From positions 224,001 to 288,000 of the forward strand of contig CM000430.1 of assembly GCA_000165345.1 (NCBI GenBank): a stretch of 64,000 bases of DNA, given 5' to 3'. Below, piece by piece: positions 58,926 to 64,000 of the stretch; within the stretch, counting starts at the first letter, position 1; each line of letters starts with the position of its first letter. Made by a program: the position numbers and the translations under genes. Below the pieces are notes generated by a model. That model saw only the letters and a list, made by a program, of their open reading frames with translations. It did not search any database and was not told where the DNA came from.

Positions 58926-60959
58926 TTAATTATTCAGCTTCTTAAAAATGCTGGTAGCACCAAATATATCTGAAATTATTCCACCTTTTGAAAGCTTTTT
59001 ATTGCCGCTCCCCTCATCTTCAATTTTTTGAACTTTAGTTTCTAGTTTTTGTTCGTGCTTGTCTCCCATCATCATTTTCATAAACTCATTAAAGTCAATA
59101 TAGCCATCTTGATTGATATCTACTTCCTTTAACAGCGAGTCTATTGTAGATTGTTCAAATGCTTCTTGAAGAAACGTGATATTTAGAACACGGCTAAGTT
59201 CTTGAGGAGATATCCTACCATCCATGTCAAGATCAAATACTTTGAATGCTGCCTTGCAGAGCGATTCTTGCTCATATAGCTTATGATCAATTGATGCAGC
59301 AATAAACTCTGTATAATCTATTCTACCATTTCCGTCAGTATCTAATTCCATTAATAGATTATCTATATCATCTCCCAACTGAGATACATTTTGAATTTTG
59401 TGTAGTGCACTTCTGATTTCATTAATTGTTAAAACTCCATCTCCGTTTCTATCTAATGTAGAAAACAATTTTTGTAATGCGCCTATATCAGCGTCATTAA
59501 GGTGGTATGCAACACATGTAAGAGCTAATTTCTTTAGTTTACTTTGTCTTTGGAAGTCCCTGAATCTTGCAAGCAATGAATTACAAACATCGTTAGTAAA
59601 ATAAGTAGCATCTGCAGTATTTGGAGAAGAAATTTGAGATTTAATCCAAGGATGATTTAAAGCATCTTGGGCACTTATCCTCTTATTTGGATCGGTCATT
59701 AATAACCTCTTAATAAGATCTTTTGCAGAGTCCGAAACATACTTCCAACTGTTGTGTTCTAATGAATATTGACCAATTTTTACCTTTCGTAAAATCTCAA
59801 CATTATCTTTTCCATGAAACGGTGGATATCCGCATAGTAAAATATATAAGATTACTCCTGCGCTCCATAAATCACATAATTTACTATAGCTACCATATAG
59901 TACCTCTGGAGCAACATAATAAGGAGTCCCCACAACAGAAGTAAACTTGTGTGTTTTTGGACATTTTGCAGCAAAACCCCAATCAATTACTTTCAATAGA
60001 GAGTTTGGAGAAGAGTCCGAAAATAAAAGATTTTCTGGTTTTAGGTCTCTATGCATAAATTCATTAGAATGGCAATATGCAATTGCACTAAAAACTTGTC
60101 TCATAATCACTGCTGCATACCTTTCAGAAAAGTGTCCTCGCTTAATAATTCTATCAAATAATTCTCCTCCCGTGCAAATCTCCATGACAAAATAGAGATA
60201 ATTCGTATCCTCAAATACTTCAAAAAGTTTAATAATATTTGGATGATCCAGCCTTTTCATTATCAAAATTTCTCTTTTTAAACGGTTAATATTTTCGAGT
60301 TTTGGTTTAAGTATTATTTTTACTGCTCTCTGTGCACCTGATTGTTTATCAATAGCTTTTACAACAGATCCATAAGAGCCTCTCCCCAAATTTCCCAAGT
60401 TCAGTTCGTAGAAATCATTAATATTCCTGTTAACAAGCGCATGCTCTTGAATTAAGCATGTTCTATCAAAAATTCCATGAGAAACTTTTGTACTCTCAGT
60501 ATTTTTGATATTTGAATCTGTAGAAGTTTCACGCTCACCATTTGGAGTGGTTACTTCCGGACTTGAGCATAGGCCTGCATATTCATTCTTGTCGCTTCTT
60601 TTTGAAAATTTGATATTCTTATTTGCATCCACAAATGACTTACTTTCAATAATTAGTCCACGAGAAATCTGTTCTTTCCCGCTAACCTTTTTTGGATCAC
60701 GGTATGGTTCTGTTGGATTGAGTTTTTGCTGAAGCTCCCCTGCACACTTTGTACACATAGCTGCATAAATGTGTCCCTCAAGATAATCATCGGAGTCTAA
60801 GCAGTTATTGGATTCAGATTTAGCTTCTTCAACTTCTGGTACAATTTCCTTTTCTTCGGCTTTAATATTGCACTCTTCCGTTACATTATGTAATACAGGT
60901 ACCATATTAGCTCCTACACGTTTAGCGCATTCATCTGCATTTTGTTCTATATTTAACAT
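58926..60959 (-). CDS. Calcium-dependent protein kinase (CDPK), second paralogue, with N- and C-terminal extensions
   Basis: 677 aa. Kinase domain (GRGSYGSVVKAIDKQSGAQRAVKII, HRDLKPENLLF, DWGFA, GTPYYVAPE) plus four EF hands (DRNGDGVLTINEI, DTDGNGRIDYTEF, DLDMDGRISPQEL, DINQDGYIDFNEF). An ~200-aa N-terminal extension includes a CTKCAGE pair. Confidence 0.9.
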   Translation of the reverse strand: MLNIEQNADECAKRVGANMVPVLHNVTEECNIKAEEKEIVPEVEEAKSESNNCLDSDDYLEGHIYAAMCTKCAGELQQKLNPTEPYRDPKKVSGKEQISRGLIIESKSFVDANKNIKFSKRSDKNEYAGLCSSPEVTTPNGERETSTDSNIKNTESTKVSHGIFDRTCLIQEHALVNRNINDFYELNLGNLGRGSYGSVVKAIDKQSGAQRAVKIILKPKLENINRLKREILIMKRLDHPNIIKLFEVFEDTNYLYFVMEICTGGELFDRIIKRGHFSERYAAVIMRQVFSAIAYCHSNEFMHRDLKPENLLFSDSSPNSLLKVIDWGFAAKCPKTHKFTSVVGTPYYVAPEVLYGSYSKLCDLWSAGVILYILLCGYPPFHGKDNVEILRKVKIGQYSLEHNSWKYVSDSAKDLIKRLLMTDPNKRISAQDALNHPWIKSQISSPNTADATYFTNDVCNSLLARFRDFQRQSKLKKLALTCVAYHLNDADIGALQKLFSTLDRNGDGVLTINEIRSALHKIQNVSQLGDDIDNLLMELDTDGNGRIDYTEFIAASIDHKLYEQESLCKAAFKVFDLDMDGRISPQELSRVLNITFLQEAFEQSTIDSLLKEVDINQDGYIDFNEFMKMMMGDKHEQKLETKVQKIEDEGSGNKKLSKGGIISDIFGATSIFKKLNN

Positions 60960-61391
60960 TATTAACTATGTGAATGCAGATGCTCCTAATTTTACAAAAA
61001 TTATTCACTAAAAACAAATTTTGAATTTTACTAAAACCTATAAAAAGATTAATATTCTAGTTTAACATGTCAATTCAGAGTCTTGTCCATATTAGGCGGT
61101 AATTCGTTCGGGTCTGACTTTTTTCTTAAGGTTGGTGTATTTTTTTTTTTTTCAAAAATAACACGATTGTGCCAATTTTTCTGAAAAAATTATAGTAATT
61201 GACAAAATTTCATAACTGTTTATAAATGCACTCAAGTAATAGAGGAACTATTTTGTTTTTTTCATTCCTTTTACTAGATCTGATGTTATTTAGATAGTGT
61301 AATTTTAGGCAAATAGTTTTTTTTTTCAAAATTAAGGACTTATTTTTTTTTACAACTAATATCTACAGCTATCTAGAAAGTTTTTCTATTA

Positions 61392-62840
61392 TTAATTAAA
61401 TTTTTTTGGTTCATCCACCTGCACAGAAGATAATCCATCACTTAAATTGGCTTCTTGAGTTTCGTTTGGGTTATTCATTAGCAAATTAATTGGGGTTACA
61501 TACATAATGAATGATGAAACTACGTAAAATAGGTGGAAGTAGAAGAAGTTTGAGGGGTTCAATTTACTATACATAATTGGAATAACTATGTAAATAAATC
61601 CAACAGGTGCAGTTGTCAATGCCATCAGGAAATTAATATTAGAGAATCCAAAACATTCGACTAAATAACAGTATGCAGTCGAATAAATGCAGCTTGCATA
61701 AGAAAAGAATATAAAGAATGAGAATATTCTCACTATATGAGATGCATTGAATAAGAAAAGAAATGATACAATAATTCCCAATGAGTTTTGGAAGATCATC
61801 CCTTTAGAAACTCCAATTTTGTCCATTATAAATCCATTCATTAAAGAAAATATGAATGAAAAGCATTGAAGGGTAGAAAATATAGACATCTGGCTTCTTA
61901 TAAGATCTATGTCAGTATTATTGGCACTTTGTAAGAATGAATCCAGGCATGCCTTAATTGAATCCGATCTGAAAACTGTAAGAGTAAAGTAAGGAAGTAA
62001 AAGAATGAAAAATGAAGATTTGAGTTGATTAATTAATGATTGATTATGAAGAGAGATCATCTCTGTAGAGCAAGTTGTATTAAATGTTAGTTCTGAGTTA
62101 GAATCTTCTTCCTCAATTGAATCTGAGCCTTGAAATTTTTCAAAAGAATTTTTGGGAATGAGCAATAGTGCAACCATTGCCAGTGTACCACAGACAAAAA
62201 TTGAATAAAATATCAAAATATTTCTAATACGAATTCCAGAAAATTCGTGGAAATGGTAGATGAAATAAAATACAAATGCTGAAACATCGCCCATTGTACT
62301 TAAAATAGATATTATTTTATTACCATGGTTTGGAAATAAATTACTTACAGATACAACACTGTTAAAAATTGGACCTTGAGGCAAACCTATTAATATAAAT
62401 CCAAGAGGATATAATGGAAAGTTTTGATTACTAATACAAAAAATTAAAAGCCCAAGCATAAACATTACTTGCCCAATAAATCCAGTTAATTTTGGACCCA
62501 AATTATCAAATAGCTTTCCACCTCCTAATACCGAAAGAATTATATTAGGTGCCATAATGCCTGCTGTCCAACATGTTGTAATATAGTTATCTTGAGCTTT
62601 GCATTTAGCTCCAGTTGGCAAAATTTCAGTTGGAATACCGTCGCAAACCCATTCATATGCGCCTAACTTATTCATAATAAATCTAATGCAAATACTTTGC
62701 TGAATTGCCGAAGTTGTAAGGCCGCAAAAAACACAGTAGATTATTAAGAGTATGTAACGGTTAATACCATATGGAGTTTTTTGATCATCTTTTCTTAACA
62801 AAGGAGAGTTCTCATTTCTATTCTGCGATTCATTATCCAT
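61392..62840 (-). CDS. Polytopic membrane transporter, MFS-like (about 12 TM)
   Basis: 482 aa, about 12 hydrophobic segments arranged 6+6 around a central hydrophilic loop (EEEDSNSELTFNTTCSTEMISLHNQS). No diagnostic family motif was recognised by eye. Confidence 0.45.
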   Translation of the reverse strand: MDNESQNRNENSPLLRKDDQKTPYGINRYILLIIYCVFCGLTTSAIQQSICIRFIMNKLGAYEWVCDGIPTEILPTGAKCKAQDNYITTCWTAGIMAPNIILSVLGGGKLFDNLGPKLTGFIGQVMFMLGLLIFCISNQNFPLYPLGFILIGLPQGPIFNSVVSVSNLFPNHGNKIISILSTMGDVSAFVFYFIYHFHEFSGIRIRNILIFYSIFVCGTLAMVALLLIPKNSFEKFQGSDSIEEEDSNSELTFNTTCSTEMISLHNQSLINQLKSSFFILLLPYFTLTVFRSDSIKACLDSFLQSANNTDIDLIRSQMSIFSTLQCFSFIFSLMNGFIMDKIGVSKGMIFQNSLGIIVSFLFLFNASHIVRIFSFFIFFSYASCIYSTAYCYLVECFGFSNINFLMALTTAPVGFIYIVIPIMYSKLNPSNFFYFHLFYVVSSFIMYVTPINLLMNNPNETQEANLSDGLSSVQVDEPKKFN

Positions 62841-63109
62841 TTTGGAAAAAAAAGAAAAATATATATGAATTAAGTCAAAAGTTACAATGCGGCGTCGTAT
62901 ACCGCCATTCCGACATAATAGAAATTGAACTTTGTTCAGATCAAGTTATTTTGTTCTCAATTAAAGTATTAATGGGAGTGCCACATTATTTTATTGTTGC
63001 TCTTTAGCAGTATTTCACTCCGTGAAATTAATGAATATTTACAAACTACCGCTTTATTTATCTTAACGTTTACCATAACAATAGCTCTGATGGAAGTTGC
63101 CTATGCGAA

Positions 63110-64000
63110 ATGATGAGAGAAGTTTGCTCAAGGTCCTTGAAGTTTGGACAGATTCTTTCTAGATCCATATTCCAACAGCTAAACGTATCGTTTAATGGAA
63201 AATGCTTATTTTATGGTGCTCTTTTCAACTTATCAAATAGAATATTTTTTAAAAGTATTACGTATAGTAGCGATCCATATAAAGTCTTAGGAGTTTCTAG
63301 AAATGCATCTGATGAAGAAATTAAGCTTAAGTTTAAGGAGTTAGCAAAAAAGTACCATCCTGATTTAAACCCATCGGAAGAAGCCAAAAATAAAATGGCA
63401 AAAATAGTGAAGTAAGTTAAACTGGACTTATAAATTAATTAACTGTATTTTTAGTGCATATGAGACGCTTTCGGATTCAAAAAAAAGAAAACAATTTAGT
63501 AATTCTGGAATAGGGCAAGCTGGACAAAAGTATAATATTTATAAAGATAGTAAGACTAAGCAGGCATTTAACTGGTTTGAAGATAGTCCTTGGATGACGC
63601 CAAACATAGATGAAATATTTATGAGTTCTTCATTTTTCGATAATCTATTTGGGCTTGGGGAATACTTTATGAGAGAGAAACAGATTTTGAGGAAAAATAT
63701 ATATTTGAATATTGAGGTGGATATTTTGGATGCAATTAATGGGACAAACAGAACACTTAAAACTAATTCTAGTTGTAAATGTGATGCCTGCAATGGCGCT
63801 GGCATCATTAAAGGACTAAAATTAGCTAAATGTTCAAATTGTGGTGGTTCTGGGCTGAATGTTTACCATAACGGTCCTTTATTAATCAAGTCATTGTGCA
63901 TGAAGTGCAGTGGTACTGGATATTCAAATTTAATGCTTTGCATAAAGTGTAATGGTAGCGGCCATATTATTAAAGATAAGAACGTTTTCCTAAGAATCCC
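63110..64000 (+). CDS. DnaJ/Hsp40, type I (J domain plus CxxCxGxG zinc-finger repeats), two exons: join(63110..63411, 63455..>64000), intron 63412..63454; 3' end beyond the window
   Basis: J domain [46 protein letters not shown], which the ORF track terminates at GTG AAG TAA. Reading AA|GTAAGT…TTTTTAG|T restores …[22 protein letters not shown]…, the usual J-domain helix IV. It is followed by four CxxCxGxG repeats ([34 protein letters not shown]). An ~60-aa N-terminal extension precedes the J domain. Confidence 0.8.

Overview
This is a eukaryotic window, not a prokaryotic one. GC content is about 30%, genes are densely packed (about 33 protein-coding genes in 64 kb, roughly 80% coding), and most genes are single-exon with short intergenic spacers. 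The few introns seen (43-84 bp) use canonical GTAAGT donors and TTTAG/TATAG acceptors. A GGCGCC-core E2F-like motif recurs in many 5' spacers. Two calcium-dependent protein kinases (kinase plus four EF hands) are present. Together these point to an apicomplexan, most plausibly a Cryptosporidium-type genome; the species assignment is inference. The gene content is eukaryotic housekeeping and signalling. It includes MCM2 and a second MCM (probably MCM6), a DDX5/Dbp2 DEAD-box helicase, ribosomal protein eS25, eIF3 subunit L and proteasome lid Rpn9/PSMD13. It also includes MOCS3/Uba4, TGS1, ZPR1, Tpt1, TECR, a DGAT1/ACAT-type MBOAT, PGS1, a syntaxin, a C2H2 zinc-finger protein, a mitochondrial-carrier protein and a cytochrome b5-domain protein. 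Further genes encode a DDHD lipase, an EH-domain protein, a DnaJ, an MFS-type transporter, a QTRT2-like gene running off the left edge, and a membrane-anchored class III nucleotidyl cyclase. I see no CRISPR array, no prokaryotic defence or mobile-element architecture, and no rRNA or tRNA genes. The points I consider most worth follow-up are: (1) the recurrent E2F-like promoter motif, including upstream of MCM2; (2) four short introns that split ORFs in the six-frame track (cyt b5-domain gene, PGS1, ZPR1, DnaJ); (3) the membrane-domain/cyclase fusion with a GYG-containing segment; (4) a 640-bp ORF-free, relatively GC-rich island that may be a non-coding RNA; and (5) several large helical proteins with no domain I can recognise. 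No tools were run, so every call rests on reading the sequence and the supplied ORF translations.
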